DNA of 64,000 nucleotides from Eledone cirrhosa (Eukaryota), in assembly GCA_964016885.1 (NCBI GenBank), contig OZ024740.1:299584001-299648000 (forward strand), read 5' to 3'. Both the position numbers and the translations under genes were made by a program. Below are positions 40,880 to 57,308 of this stretch, piece by piece. The notes under the pieces are model-generated. The model saw only the letters and a program-made list of their open reading frames with translations, had not been told where the DNA came from and did no database searches. Numbering within the stretch: position 1 is the first letter of the stretch; each line of letters starts with the position of its first letter.

Positions 40880-42502
40880 CTGAAAACAGAGTAGTATAGT
40901 TTTTGCAGAATCACCCCCTTATTTTTAGCATCATTATTCAAAATGTTGGTTTCATCAATTAAAGGTCTAACAGGTGAAAAAGGTGAAATAGTGATTTATG
41001 TCTTTTGGCAAATGACAATAACATTTTCAGATTAGGTTTAATTTCCTCAATGATCCACTTCAACTCCAATGTTTTAGTTTTATTATTGATGATAGTCTTC
41101 ATGCATTGTAAATGATTACAGTTTTTGATTTCGTGCAAAGTGGCAAATGAGGCTGTTGCTGCGGGTAATATTTTAATTGGTTGATTTCTGTTAAGTCTTT
41201 GTATTTTTAGACTAAGAAATTATTTTACTATCGGCAAACTTCTGCACTTAGGATTGTTCACGGATCATGATATAGTGTGGTTTGAGGAAATAACTACAAC
41301 GTTGTGTATAAATGTTTGTCAGGATGTTTTGATGTTTGTGAAAGGGAGTGTGTGCCTGAAGGACCGATCAACGAGTGAAATATTATGAACAATTGTATTA
41401 TAAAGATCCACATTATCAATGAGTGTGACGGATTGAATTCGTTGGGTTTAAGTTTAGATGCTGGAAACTCCGACTACAGAGAACCATGTCACAATCTGTC
41501 ATTTTATATGGATATTGTTAGTAGGGTAGAGTCAATTTCAAAAAGTTAAAAATACTTTTTGAAATTGACTCTATTGCTCTTGTCTGGGGATGAAATGCAC
41601 ATAGCTGTTTGTAAAATGTGTAGAGCAGTCAACGGCGAGCGGTCGAAATCAGACATTATAATATATTACCAGAGTGGCACTGCTGGATAAAACGTTAAAT
41701 GTTGCAGAGGCACAATTTGAAGTACATTAGATATACCTCGGGTGGGAAGTATGACCCAATTATGAGTATATTTTTGTCTTTGTTGTGCAGAGACATGGGT
41801 TCGCAATAGCCGTAAGAGAAGAAATCTTTATATCTGCTGTAAATAAAGCATGCAAGAAAATTACACTTCCTCCCTTTCTTCTGACAAAGCAGTTAGCCTG
41901 AATCGTTTGTAAATTACTCCCACTTCGGTTTTCAAATGGGAACTGTTGAGATGAGTTTTGTTTAGGATGTGCATTGAATGATGAGCAGAAATGTATATGC
42001 ATGGATGTGTGTAAATATATGTATTTATCGTTCTCTCTCTCTCCCTAACCCGCTCACCCCCCTCTCTCTCTCTCTGTCATATATATTGTAGTTCCTGTCT
42101 GTTTGTTTGTTTGTTCATGAACTCCGCCTATGGTTTTGGAGATAGACTCCCATAACCATATCTATTCTGAAACTACATTACCCAGGGTACTTGGATAAGT
42201 ATATTTCATTTTATCCAAAGGGGCCCCCGGGGGAACAAACCCCCACTAAAACCCCCGCTAAAAATCTTTTCCCTTCGATTAATATTAAATTTAAACCATA
42301 GGTGAATGACAATATATGATGGCTATTCAGCAAATTTAAATAATATTAAGACACCCTAAAAATGGAAGCCCAAATAAAATAATGCTTTACACACAGATGA
42401 AATGATCAAGTTTTGAATTGACATTTTGAAAAAAATTATTTACAAGAAACAAAATAAGAATAAGATTTAATAATGTCATTTTTATTTGATATGTTACACA
42501 AA

Positions 42503-42692
42503 ATAATTGTTTCTACGTTTGGCACAAGGCCAGCAATTACCCAGTGCATTACTGGTACTTTATTTTATCGACCCCGTAAGGATGAAAGGCAAAGTTAACT
42601 TCAGCGGGATTTGAACTCAGAATGGCAAGGGCCATAACTCTATACGTCAAAGCATGGCGTCCGACCCTCTACCGATACTGCCAATCCACTGC
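42503..42692 (-). mobile_element. SINE family A copy, near consensus
   Basis: Complete reverse-complement unit. Confidence 0.88.
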
Positions 42693-42976
42693 CCTTAAAG
42701 ATTAAATTTCTCGAGTGATTCCTGACTGAGATTGAACCCCAGACCAGCCCCTCTACTGTCTCCACACCTACTACTACGGCCACAGAGACAGATATTACAA
42801 AAAATAATGTTTTCCAATTTTTCATGCATTACATTTTACATTGAGTAATACAGAGTATTGCAGAGTTTTTCTCCATAAATTATATCAGGGATTTAAAACT
42901 ATTCATCATTTTCTTACAAAAAAGAAAAAAATGTGTGAAACGCAGCAAGGCGCGGGTAATTCGGCTAGTGTATGTG

Positions 42977-43007
<31 letters not shown>

Positions 43008-43204
43008 TATCACACACACACAAGCACATGCTTACGACGTGCTCAAGTATAGCTCTTTTTTTACAAAACGATTTTTTTTTTCCATTTCAGGTAAATGCGC
43101 TACATTATCCACTTTTCTAAAAAATAAATCATACACAAAACGCTGGCATCAACAGTTTTGCAAAAGATGTCAACATGAATTGACCTTTTTTTTTATTATG
43201 TAAA

Positions 43205-43382
43205 GGCATTTTTTCCAATTCCATCCCGCCCGTGTCCTCAATCTATCTATTTCTCACTCTTTCTTCTGATGAAGGACTAGCGTCCGAAACGTTAAGACTC
43301 TCTTCCTGCTACATCAAGCATTAACCTAATATACCCCTTCTATATACTGTACCGATTGTGTTGTTATTTCTGTTTACCTTAT
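43205..43382 (+). mobile_element. PLE-pLTR-like element with a minimal hammerhead (43262-43297)
   Basis: TCTT-CTGATGA-aGGAC(tagc)GTCC-GAAAC-GTT-AAGA, with a palindromic AACGTT stem III. Followed by (CA)n/(TA)n. Confidence 0.8.
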
Positions 43383-43427
43383 ACACACATATATATATAT
43401 AAACACACACACACACATACACACCCC

Positions 43428-43521
<94 letters not shown>

Positions 43522-43530
43522 TAAAGATAT

Positions 43531-43644
<114 letters not shown>

Positions 43645-43654
43645 GTACACACAC

Positions 43655-43687
<33 letters not shown>

Positions 43688-43689
43688 TA

Positions 43690-43980
43690 AACAGAGGTGT
43701 GTCGGACGGAGAGTAGCTGATGGCCAGTATGGAAGCAGATATTGACCAGAATTTATGATGACGTAGAAAAACAACAGCCAATGGCAAGACAGGAGAGGAG
43801 ATGTTTTTTGAAGCTAACACCCCAGTGAGAAAATTTGCTCCGAAAGCATTATATGTGTCCGAAGAAACTGCAGATCTAGAATCAGACAGATCCATACAAT
43901 GATCCTGTCTCAAGCTACCTGCAGGCGAAACAATTGTAACACAATAAACTGAGTGCAGATGCATCACTGATTTTTCGTTT
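43690..43980 (+). mobile_element. Probable degenerate PLE 3' fragment between (TA)n tracts
   Basis: Hammerhead 3' half GAAAC-AATT-GTA at ~43927 followed by CTGAGTGC. The same GAAACAATTGTA occurs at ~47285 in another TA-flanked insert. Confidence 0.45.
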
Positions 43981-46199
43981 TATATTATATATAAACATAT
44001 ATATATATATAAACATATATACATATATATAAACATATATACATATACATTTACATATACATTATGTGTGTGTGTGTGTGTGTATGTGTGTGTGGGTCCG
44101 TGGGTGCTTGTGGGTGTTTGGGTGTGTGTGTGTATTCCCGAGAACCAATAGATATTAATTTATGTTTTAATACTATTAAACTCATTTTTTACACACAGTA
44201 AAATTAAACAATCAACTGAAGCCAATTCTCTCTGAGATGCGATTATTTTGACTACTGAATAATGCATCTCTTTCAAAACTATATTTATTGTGCGAAAGTA
44301 TTTACAGCTAATAATTCAGTTTTTATCGGTTTGGATGAAATAAATTTTGTGGTAATATATAAATGTACAATCAGAAATTCTGGAAGATGTTTTGATAACA
44401 TTTTATTGAAGTACACCGAATCTTTGAAATATAGCAATCTCAAAAACTACATAAAATATTTGGAGTTATTAAATCATATCAAATATTGGTAATATGGTTG
44501 TAATGCGTGAAAATTGTTGTAATGTTTACATTTCCGAAAAATGAATAAATTTACCATTAGATTGTATTTTATATACTGGTTTAAATCGAATCTGCTTTTC
44601 TTGTCCTAAATCGAAGGTTTTTTTGAAATATTTTTTAAATACCTAACATCTGAATGCAGGATAACCTGTGGATATTTTCTTTTCTATTTTTACTTGTAAA
44701 ACGATTTTCTCAGTGACTAATGATATACATTTAGCTAAAAATATTAGCTGACATTAATCCGTTATGACGCTGAATTTAAAAATTCTGATATCTAAGACGT
44801 GTGACTGATTCCATGAAAATGTATATCTATGATGTGCAGTACGTTGTACAAACCTATCATGAAATTTTATATACTTAATCTAAGTGCTTATGTAATATAA
44901 TTCTCGTCATAGTTTAAAAGCTCTTTAATAAAGTATACACTTCTTAATATTCCACGCTACTATTTAGATAATTAATAACAATAACAGCATACAATATGGC
45001 TAATAACAACGAGATGAAGTGCGCATGGATATGTGTGTATCATGGCATACACAACGTTCAACGATTCAAATAGAAAACGTAATTATTTACTTTGAATTAT
45101 CCGCCATGATATTTTCTCATTAAGATACTTAATAAAATATGATGAAATTTAAGTGCAGGCCATGCGTTAAAAGCCATCCTAGAATCTTAATGTGTTTCAT
45201 ACAGTCAATATGAGCATTTTTTATTAGATTAATTGTGACGAATTTTATTTAAATTAAATGTTCATATTCATCATGTTTGATTTTGGCGTTAGTTATTAAA
45301 CGGTTGAAAGGTGGGATTAAAATACACATTGCTGAGTATTTTCCAAATATTTGTAATAATTTTTGACTACATTACAATTGAATGAGTACCTAGTACACTT
45401 GAACGATATTATTAGAATAATTATTGCTGAAAACATTTGCAATGTATATTACTGTCCTTCTGTTTGTCTGACTGATTCATACACCAGTGTCTGTCTCTCT
45501 TTCGCTATTTCTACATCTCTAAGATATTCACTCTGGTATTGTTTCACCTTTCTATCATAATCTCTTTCTCTTTCACTCACTCTCACCCTTTCTCTATCTT
45601 CTTTTGTTTCTCTTCTTTTATTTCTCTCTCTTCTATTCTCTTTCTTATCTCTCTATCACATCCCCTCTCTCTGTGTATGTATATATCAACACAAATATAA
45701 CACATACGCACACTTACATACTCTGGGTTCTCAAATAATCGCCCACCACCCACATATTGATTTTTCAGATCCTTTCCAATGCCCCGCTTTATTACCCCAC
45801 CCACCCCACCCACGCATATTAAATTTTGCTGATCTGACACCGGCGAAATTTTATTTTAAGTGGTAGCATTCTTGCAAATATGAATTTTCCTAATACATAA
45901 AAACATTATATATGACAAAAAACAAAAACAAACAAACAAAAAAAAAAAACAACAACAACAAAGAAATCCCATACGTTATAAAACAAATAGCACGGGTTGG
46001 GGTCTCAATATGTAAAACTAAACAACTAATTCTGGTTTTTAAAAGACAGCCTAGAAACATTTCCGACCCCGCCCCCTCTATCCCTATACCGCTTAGTTCG
46101 AGCTCCCTATTGTTTGGGACTCCATAGTATGTAGCGTTCTGATCAAAGAATATTGTGTCTCTTCTACACACTCCCACACATATATATATGTATAGATAC

Positions 46200-46248
<49 letters not shown>

Positions 46249-46284
46249 TAGATACATACATACATACATACATACATACATACA

Positions 46285-46735
<451 letters not shown>

Positions 46736-47025
46736 AAAACTCATTCTTTGACATACTCATTGAATATTGTTTAACACTTTAATATATATATATATAAAAG
46801 AAAATTTTGCTCTACATGGCTGAATACAATAAATGTAATCTAAGTTTTTCAAATATTAATAATAATATTCGATACGTTTGCCCTTTTCCAAACAAGCCTC
46901 AATTTTATAGCCATGTCAGTAGAATGAACACTTCATTCTACTGACATGGCTTTAAAATTGAGCCTTGTTTGCAAAAGTGCAAACGAATCGAATGTTATTA
47001 TTAACATTCTAAAAACTCAGATTAC

Positions 47026-47066
<41 letters not shown>

Positions 47067-47372
47067 GCAACCGTTCACGATATGATATATTGCTCTATAT
47101 ATTGCGATATGATATATTGCTCTATATACCTATGGGTATCTGCCATAGGCAGATCTCACACAATGCAGCCTCGACAGAAGAATACTGCTCGATTATGGCA
47201 GACAATTGATACACCCAGGACACCATAGTGAAATACCAATATATGAAACTTTACATTTATGTAACATTCTTTATATGGAGTAGCGAAACAATTGTAAACG
47301 GACATTATTAATATTAATATTATTATTATTATTCTCTACATTCCTTACATCAAACTAAAATATGTTGACAAT

Positions 47373-47441
<69 letters not shown>

Positions 47442-48996
47442 AGTTAGATAGATTGATAGATAGATAGAAAGATAGATAGATAGAAAGATAGATAGATATA
47501 GATAGCTAGATAGATAGATACACATAGAGATACATACATCTATACAAGCATACACAAACATGTACATATACATACGCAGTTACACACATACATACTTGCA
47601 AACACTTTTCTTTTGAAGACTTTTAGCGTAGCTTAATTCTATTGCTATATTACACTAACAGAAACAATTCTATGCCAGCAATGAACAATTATTAATGAAA
47701 ACAAAATAGTAATTATTGGGAATTATTCGCAACCATTATTGCCATTGACTAAACTAAATAACTAATTCTACTATTTAGTATTCTGGGATTTCAAATACTA
47801 AGCACACCGTAAAATGTGTGTAGGATTGTGTATGCGTGTGTGTGTGTGTGTGTCTGCACGTGTTTGGTGGTGGTGGTGGTTGTGGTGGCGGTGTGTATAT
47901 ATGTGTGACTCCTTACTGTTTTTAGTTGTTGAATCCATATTAGCTCGACGTTTTTTTAAGTTGTCAGTACAATGATACCTAATGAACAAGTGAAGTAAAT
48001 ATATGAGTGTAGTAGAGAGAAAAGCCAACTCATTGGTGCCTTTTATTATACTCTCCTAACTTGGTGGTAGATCTTTATGATAGTTATCAGAATATACAAT
48101 AAAAAGTAGCATTAAAATACGTTAGACTTGAATTCAGCACGTAAAGCGACGTAACTCATTGCTACTCAATGCTACCCCACTGCCTGTATATTTGATAATA
48201 TTAGCGAAATGAGAATGCCAGGCAAAATGCCTTGGGTTAGGTGTTCGGCTTCTTTATTGCCTTTGATTCTACGGAAGGGATGACATAAAGTACCAATCAA
48301 ATACTTAGGTTGATATAATTGACTGATCTCATCATGTGTCTCTGACTTTTTACCTGCTTTAGAAAATAGATTTAGTTACATGCCTTCTTTGTTGTGATTT
48401 CGAATCCCTTGAAGGTCTTTTGACTTTCCTCCTTTGGGGTTCGAGAAATTTTATACACCAGGAAAATATACTGCGGTGGATATAACCTTCATTAAACATT
48501 CGACAGTTTCTGCCTGTTTTAGAAATCAATAGTGATTTCATTCATAAAGATCAGAAATTGTGAATTTTAACGTTCACACATATCGAGTTAACAGCGTAAG
48601 GTAATGGAAATTATTGTCTAACTATTGATATAAAAAATAAAGACGTTAGATTCGATACACCGCCTGCTTACTTGTGATTTACGGCGTTGGGAGAGTTTCG
48701 TTAATAATATAGTTTGATCAAAGTTGTTAGAGTAGCACAAATGGTAACATGAAAACGATTCGTCTCGCCCGTCAGCATTCTGAATTCAAAATCAGTTGAG
48801 CTTGACTCGGATTTTATGCAGTCGCGAGTCAATAAAATATGTACCGATGAAGTAATGATCGATTCAATCGATCAACATCCTCTATTAAAAATTCGTGACC
48901 TTTTGGAAATGTATAAGATCAATATTATGCCGTGATACCTGTTAGATAATTCATGACAATATATTTAAATTATTTTAAGAAAGAAGCAATTTGTCT

Positions 48997-49074
<78 letters not shown>

Positions 49075-51898
49075 CAAGTAGAGAGAGAGAGAGAGAAGTA
49101 GAGATAGAGAGCAGTAGATAGAGAGAGAGAGGAGAGATAGAGAAGAGAAAGGGGAGGAATAGAGAGAGAGAGAAGAGAATGAGGGTAAGAGAAAGGAAAA
49201 GAAAATGGAGGAAATAGAGAGAGAAATTGCGATAGTTTAGAATGGATCGCAAAGAATAAAGGAAATTTTGCTGAAATTAAAAGTGACAGCAAGACAAGTG
49301 TGTTCGATGATTAGTTAAATCTGAGAAGGTTTTGTGATAAATTCATGTTTTACTCAAATGTCTAGCTGTTTCGTGAAAGCTTTTAACATAATATAAAAAT
49401 TATATATATAGAAGCAAAGTTCTAAGGATTGACTTATTTTAACAATACAAATAATCATTTTCTGAAGATGAAATGTCCAGTATATATTATTACCTTATAG
49501 AAGAGAGTTTCATTATTTAAACAAGATAATCATAGCAAAAGTGCTGCGGCTCAATCGTCGTAGTTCAATATAAAATCACAATACAGTTCAATACAAGTGA
49601 AATTATATATTTATGTTGGTTGTAAATCACAAAGTTACAGCTAGTATGTTCTTTATGTTATTGCATCAATTCTATATATAATTTTGTTACTTTAGTTTAA
49701 AATATACTGCTTACAACTGAATCGCCATTTCTTTATGGTTGGAGAATTGAAGCATTTCTATTTTTGTTTATGCGTTTCATATTTATAATCGTGTTGTTTC
49801 TTTGTAATATTTATTTGAATTACATTAAGTCGCTGACAAATATCTGTTTGTTCAAAACTTCAAACATACGAATACACACATATGAACATAACCCATTACA
49901 CATGTGCACATATTGACACATTTAAGAGATCTACATATTCTAACAGAAAAACAGCTACAGTTTCAGTATATATGACATATTTTTATAACGATCTTTGAAG
50001 AACTTTTAAAGTGCGTTATTGACGAACATAATTTTATTTGTGGAAAATATTTAACTATTGTAAACAAAATAGTTAGTGTTTTGTTTAAATACAATAACAA
50101 CATTGAAAAATTATACGTAAATATATATAAATATCAAATGGCTTTAACGCAGGATTAAATATACATTACAGATAATTTTTATATATATATAGATTTCAAA
50201 TATATACCTTTTACATATACATATTTCTATTCTATGAATTCTGAATTCACAAGAATTGTTATTTCTATGTTTCGCGTTTGTTTTTCTAATCCCTCCTCCA
50301 TTTCTCCGTTTCTTTTGTTTCTGTCTCTCCATCTCTTATCATTTTCTCTCATATCTCTCACTTTTCAGAATATATGACGCAATTCTTTTTCCAAAAGTTT
50401 ACTAAAGTTAGTCGTTTCATTAAACAACCTGAATAACTTCAATTCTCAAAGAAAACACGTTATATATCCAGGAGTAAAAAAAGAGGTTTGCAGCTTTAAT
50501 AAGAAATATCTGTATACAAGTATACAATTTTCTCAGCCCTTATAAATATAAATTACTAAGCATAGAGGTGCAGTTTATAAATTTCGAAAGTGCAAATATA
50601 TCCCCAAGCAATTAAAAGTTAATGGAGAACGTTTCCGCAGAAATTGTGACTGCATTTCTTCATATGCCTATATCGTTAATAATATCACACAATTATTAAA
50701 TAAAAAAAAAATCCGAAGTGAATATATGTGATAATCCAGTTTCCAATAACATCTGGCATCTATATCAAGGCAATACATTTTGAGCTTTCACCTAACGGCA
50801 TTTATGTAATTGTTATAGATTTTATCTGATTGGTTAGAACACTTGACGCTGCTTAAACACAAGATAGAATATTCGTATTTTTAATCAAACAAAATCTAAC
50901 GTTAGCTTATGATGCTTGCTTGCACTTACTGGAATGCTTGCAGAAAATTAAGGTATGAGATTGTGCCAAAAAATTCATTCGCATAGTTTTCTGCGATGCG
51001 GCAATGGTAAAATGAATATGACGGTATTCCAAAAACAAATTTAAAACGAAAACAATATATTCGTTACTCTGTATTTTAGAATATAGTTTATATGGAATTA
51101 CAACGTAATTCTACGTGGTGTTGCAATGATATCATACGTTCACATGTAAGTTTAATTCAAAATATTAAATCTAGGAAGTCATACAATAACGTATAAACAC
51201 ATAAGCAATTTCAGAACGAGTCGACAAAGTGTCTTAAGTTGAATATATCATAATATAAAGTTTTGTGCACCTAAGATTAACCTATGCCATTGCCAAAATG
51301 TAATCAAAGCTTTACACACGTATTGCTGTTTATTTTCATCAACTTTCACAATGCTGTGTTCGGGCCTTCCTTATTGATTAGGCAAAAGAAAGTCCGTCAA
51401 ATGAATCTCTTTTCTGAGATGGTTTGGGGATCGCTACAACTGCAACAGGGGTATGAGTCGATAGGAAACAGTGATTCACAAAATACCGCCTCATTGATAA
51501 ACTGTAGAAAGTGTTGTAAATCAGACCATAAAGTCAAAACAGAGGTAGATACAAGTGTCAGACAGTTTTGCTTTTATTTTAATTTTTTTCCCGAAAAATA
51601 AAGCTACAAAGGTTTGGTGTTACCATTATTTACGTTACTCCTCGGTAAAAGAATGATGCATGTACGCTGGCGCTCACATTTACAAAAGTAGTAATCAAAT
51701 CGCCCTTAATTTACAAACTGCTGACTTAAAAAAAAAAAAAAACAGATTTAATATAATGCACTGCAAGGTAAATTGTGTTTTTGAAATAAAAGACTGGATG
51801 TGATTAGCTGGAAAAGCTTTGATCATAGGCGTTAAAGGACTAACGGGGGATTAAAATATCAAACTGCAAAAAGAAAAATAATTACCGAGTATATCAGC

Positions 51899-52413
51899 CT
51901 GGGCTGGATTTAGAATTGTGGAATCCAGGGCACTTCAGGTTTGGGAGGGCCTCTCATACAGAAAAAAAAAAAAAAAAAAAAAGAATAAACAGCAAAACCC
52001 CCAATTTTATATATCAAAGTCGGCTTGGCGCAAGTAATAGGAGTTATAAAGTTATACATCCAGGTATAACAAAAAAATACTAACCATCCTCATTTTACTT
52101 CCACTTTCCAAACTGGCATGATTAGGACGGGTTGTTATAGTGCGAGACCAATCATATCGGAGCGACCTCATCTTGCTTATATATTACATATTTGGCGTGG
52201 TTTCTAAATATGATGAATTTTGCTACAGTAAGAACATTTAATACTTTTTGTTAAAAATATGGTTCTCGTTGTCAAAGAGATAAAACTAAAGAGACCAGCA
52301 GAAAGCGCAAATGAATTACTACGGCCGTCACTGGTGACCCCCCCCCCCTCCCTGCTGCAGAGGATACGGGGCAATTGTCTCCTTTGAACCCCCCCCCATT
52401 AAATCCGGCCCTG
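51899..52413. mobile_element. hAT-type MITE
   Basis: TIRs CTGGGCTGGATTTA and TAAATCCGGCCCTG. 8-bp flanks ATATCAGC and GGATCAGC (6/8 match) are consistent with a hAT TSD. Confidence 0.65.
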
Positions 52414-55400
52414 GGATCAGCCATATGCAAGATATATTTGTTAATTTAAAAAGTATTTTCTATTAGGAACCTCATAATTGCCGTTTAGCAACGGATTTCT
52501 CATTTCAGGAAAAATAGTTTTATGCTCGTGAAATTCATGTCTGTCTGAATAGGAGGGAGAATGCATTTGCATTGAAATATTAGGTTTTTTTACAGTAAAA
52601 CAAAATTTGGATTTGCAGACCATGTGTGTATTTAGTTGGTTAGTTGTGAGCTGACCTTGATTCAGCGTTCCACTAATGAAACTTTCCACCATGAAATTTT
52701 AGACATCAAATGTCGCCGTGAATATCATCTCTGAATCTTAGATGAAACAGTTTGGTTGCATTTATGGGGCATCTGGCTGCAATTTCCGTGAGATGAGTTA
52801 CCACGTAGTGTCTCCTGTAGGCTTTCCATACCAACAGGGGATAGTTTTCTTGCCTTTTTATAATCCTTCCGGAAGAAGGAAGATTATAATAGGCAACTTG
52901 TAACGGGAATTAGGTTAATTTAGGACTTTCTGCTGAGCAGCCCCGATATGAAAGAAGCGCAAATGTCTTAATATTAACCAGAAACCTCAGCCAAGGGTAT
53001 TTCATCATCTTAAAATTGTACTGTTTATAGGGTTAAACTAAAGATATAAAGTAAAATATATAACAAGATAGCATACATTATCTTAAATATATTGATATAT
53101 AACACATACCTATATAACAATTACAATCTACAATACACGAATGTACACACACACATATATATATATATATAAATTCAATACGGTAATGAAAAGTAAACCA
53201 GCCAACAGACGAACTGTCCAACCATTCAAAACAACGATTGTGAACATTAACTTTTGTATTATGTTAATAATTATAGAACAGAAGTAAAAAAAAAAGGAAA
53301 GAAATTGACATATGTGGCATAGGCTATTGGGAAAGTGGGTGTGTGAAGTAAAGATAGAGATACACTTCACCTTGGTTTTAGTTATTATCACTCTGAATAT
53401 TTCCCCGTACGTATGTACGTTAATATCATTTATTTGATGGCGGACTATACACCATCAAATTGATTGCAGTCCCTAGTGGATAGTGTTGATTATTTCTCAT
53501 CAAACGCAGACACAACATCAATAGAATTAACACGCCTCTATAACAATATCATTAGAACAGCGTGAGGAGTTTAGAAGGTGTAGGCAGAGAAGAGATATTT
53601 TGGAAATTACTCTTTTGGTTTCCTCGTTTAATGAGATTGACCTACAGTTTAAAACAGACCGGGTGTGGGGTTAGGCGTTACAACACCACCAAACGCTGTG
53701 AAAATAAAACACAACACAAATGACGTCATAATACTGGGTTAGTGTTTGATTTTATTCTATAGCTGATACCTGACTACATAATATAAGGATTTATATGATG
53801 GGAGCAAGCCCTCTATGATATCAAACTTAGTATATGATTGGTATATATTCGGCCGCTTACAGTAGAAAACGTAAAGTTGTACCACACCGCATTATGAATC
53901 GAGAACGAAATTCCGCATTATATTTCTGCTTTTCGTTCTAACGTTTCCATTGCCCTCCTGTGTATTTATCATAATGTTAAGAACCTTGCATACTTCTCAG
54001 TATACGAAACACAGCTTTGTACAGTCCATTGTAAATTAATAATCTCCCGAATCAACATAAGACATCGGGAATATATTCTTTTCTGTTTGTGCATCTTTAT
54101 ATATACGAATGACAAATGGTCCCCCTACAGGAGGAGCTTGTTCATTATGAAGAAGGTTTCAGTCTGAGGAATCTAACATGGCAGGAGAAATTATAAAATG
54201 AAATCACTTGATAGTTCTACAAAACTGGTGCTTCTTCAGGTAATACAATATACGAGATTGAAAGAGCATTTAAGCGTTCATTTAATCTCCCCACACCCAC
54301 ACCAAAGAAAATAGCTGCTAAATTTCATCGTACACACTCAAAAATGGGAAGGGACTCATCGGGTAATGTAGTCATAGGTAGAGTATGTTTGAAGATAAGC
54401 TGATATGATCACGGGTAGATGTTCTTTGGTCATTGGTCTGTAGGATTAGGACTGATATGGAAAAATGGAAGGGTCACTACTTAAATGCCTTTGATTATAA
54501 ATTTTGTCTGTCAACGATTTGCGGTGAAGCAAAATAGTTAAGCTAGATGAAAATGCTAATAGTGCTGTATATCTTTATATTCAGAGGTGAGAGCTGTTTA
54601 GGGAATCGGAGAGTACTCTAATGTTTAAGATGAATTTTGCGGGTAAACCCTTATCTTCACCACAATTTTGATATCACAAATATTCAAACATGCACCTATT
54701 CCCCAAACATTTATAAGTATAAGATAACGTTGATTATTTTACTGTAGAACAGGAATGTAAAGATTAATTAATTGATTAAAAATAATTAATTAACATTTCC
54801 CACCAGATCCTAGCATATGTTCTAAGAATAAAGAGTAATCTTTTCTGTATAATGAAAATAACAAAAGAACATAAAGTGTAATTTAGGACTGTTTGATTAC
54901 TCTATTCGTTACCATGTGTATTTATGAAGACAAATAAACATGGCACAAAAAGAATATAGTGCAACTAAAATAGATTTCTGCTCTGTGATGATGTGAAGAC
55001 GTGAATGAAGTCTATCAGATAATGAACTGATACCAGAGCCACAATAACACCCAGTATCTACAAATACCTCATTTAACAATCACTAATGTATACCGTCTAG
55101 AGACAAATTTACTTCATGCTGACAAAAATATCAATTACTATAAATTTCAATATTGATTCAACATTATTGGAAAATAGCATTCTCCTCAAGATATGATGCG
55201 TTGAGGAAAAATCGTGCTATCAAACAATGAAGTCATATCCCCGATGAAATGATTTTAAGTAACGACAAACACCCCATATAAAAACAGTTATGATATAATA
55301 ACTACAACCGCATACATCATACCAATCCAATTAAAGGACCTGCACGGTTGCTCATCTACTCGAATAGAAGCCGAAATTCTCTTATATCCATCCTGCAGTA

Positions 55401-56740
55401 ATTTAACTGGAAGATCACATTGCATAATATAGTTATAGATGTACTGTTTATGTAAAATATGGTATGATCAGGGTAAGAAATGCATTATACTATAACACAA
55501 CTCAGCTAGCAATAGACTTTGGGAAAACAATAACTTTGAGTGCCCTCTAACTAATACCCGGCTAACCGAATAACAAAATAGTGGGGTTGAACGGGTGATT
55601 TCAAAATATTTTGTTCTACAATATATAAGAGTGGTATAATAACCGAATCAGAAGAGCGTCTGACAAAGGTCTTGTGGTATTTCTTCTGGCACTTTATGTT
55701 CCAAGCTGAAATACCTACGAGAACAAATATGCATTTCATCTCTCCAGGATCGATAAAATGAAGCACCACTCAAGTATTGGGTTCAATCTTATGAACTAAT
55801 GCTTCCGTGAATACGTTCTCGCTTTGTACCTCCGCTAGAAATTATTTTTTACCATGCTTTAGAATAAATGCCTAATCGTTTGAGAATCGTTAAGAACTAC
55901 ATTGCTTTGTTTATTTACTAAATCTGTTTTTACTACAGATTAAAGTCGTAGATGACAGAATTTGTAGAGCATCGGACGAAATGATTTGATGTATTTTGTT
56001 CAAATAAAGCCGAGGCCACTTTGTTTTCATTCTTTCATTTTTGACAAAATATATACAGCATATATTCTACCCTAAATTTTAAACATTACGTTTCCAAGCT
56101 CCTCTGGATAGGCACCATTCTACACAGGGTCCACTCGTTAATTTTATGAACACCTAAACAAATGAGCATGTTTGTTTCCAATAGCCATCCTATTCCACCA
56201 CACATAAACAATGCTGTCAATAGGTACAAACCAGATACAAAATCTACTCTCCGAATTTGTCAATAGTCCTATGATAGATATAAAACGTCGGCTCCATTAC
56301 AAATTACTAATTAAATATTTACGTTTTCAGTGCTAAATTCATAATATTATATATGGGTTTCGCGCCTACATATGTACATATTGTGTATAATTTGTGCTTA
56401 AAGATACCAGAATAAAGTAGAACTACAACTTGGGTTCATTAAGCTCTGCAAGTTATTACACCCATTTCTAAGTGTACTTCTCGTCACTTTCTCTGATTTT
56501 GCATACTATTACACCAGAGTTAGACCTCTTGATATCCTTTGACAACTCTCAGTTCCAGTTCTTGTTACCAAAAACACTCACATACCTCAACTCCAGTAAA
56601 ACATACTCTAACCTTTCTACAGCAATCCGTACAAATAAACTGTAAACCCGTCATCATTAATAGAATGCAAAATCGCTATCAAAATAGGTGACGTTTTAGT
56701 TTTAGTTATATTTTTCATACGCACACATAAAATTCTCTCA

Positions 56741-56815
<75 letters not shown>

Positions 56816-56824
56816 TCTCTCCCC

Positions 56825-56866
<42 letters not shown>

Positions 56867-56919
56867 TACGCACATATATATATATATGTAAATACGTTCG
56901 AAGGTCATTATTAATTCCC

Positions 56920-57308
56920 GAGGCCGGTGAATTGGCAGTATCGGTAGGGGGTTGGACGCCATGCTTTCTAGCATAGTTACGTCCCTTTACAGTCTGAGTT
57001 CAAATCCCGCCGAGGTTGACTTTGCCTTTCATCCGTACCGGGTCGATAAAATAAAGTTCCAGTAATGCACTGGTAATTTGCTGGCCTTGTGCCTAAAGTA
57101 GAAACAATTATTAATTCCGTAGGGCGGTGGATTGGCAGTATCGGTAGAGAGTCGGACGCCATGGTTTGCAGCAAAGAGTTACGGCCCTTTTTGATCTGAG
57201 TTCAAATCCCGCCGAGGTTAACTTTGCCTTTCATCCTTATGGGGTCGATAAAATAAAGTACCAGTAATACCCTGGAATAATTGCTGGCCTTGTGCCAAAA
57301 TTAGAAAC
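56920..57308 (+). mobile_element. Tandem dimer of SINE family A
   Basis: Two full units. ATTATTAATTCC occurs before, between and after them (~56907, ~57107, ~57310). Confidence 0.88.

Noticed and set aside
51340-53000. Short open stretches near 51340-51500 and 52700-52860 as candidate exons
   Set aside because: No consistent acceptor/donor pair with an open frame and no recognisable protein similarity.
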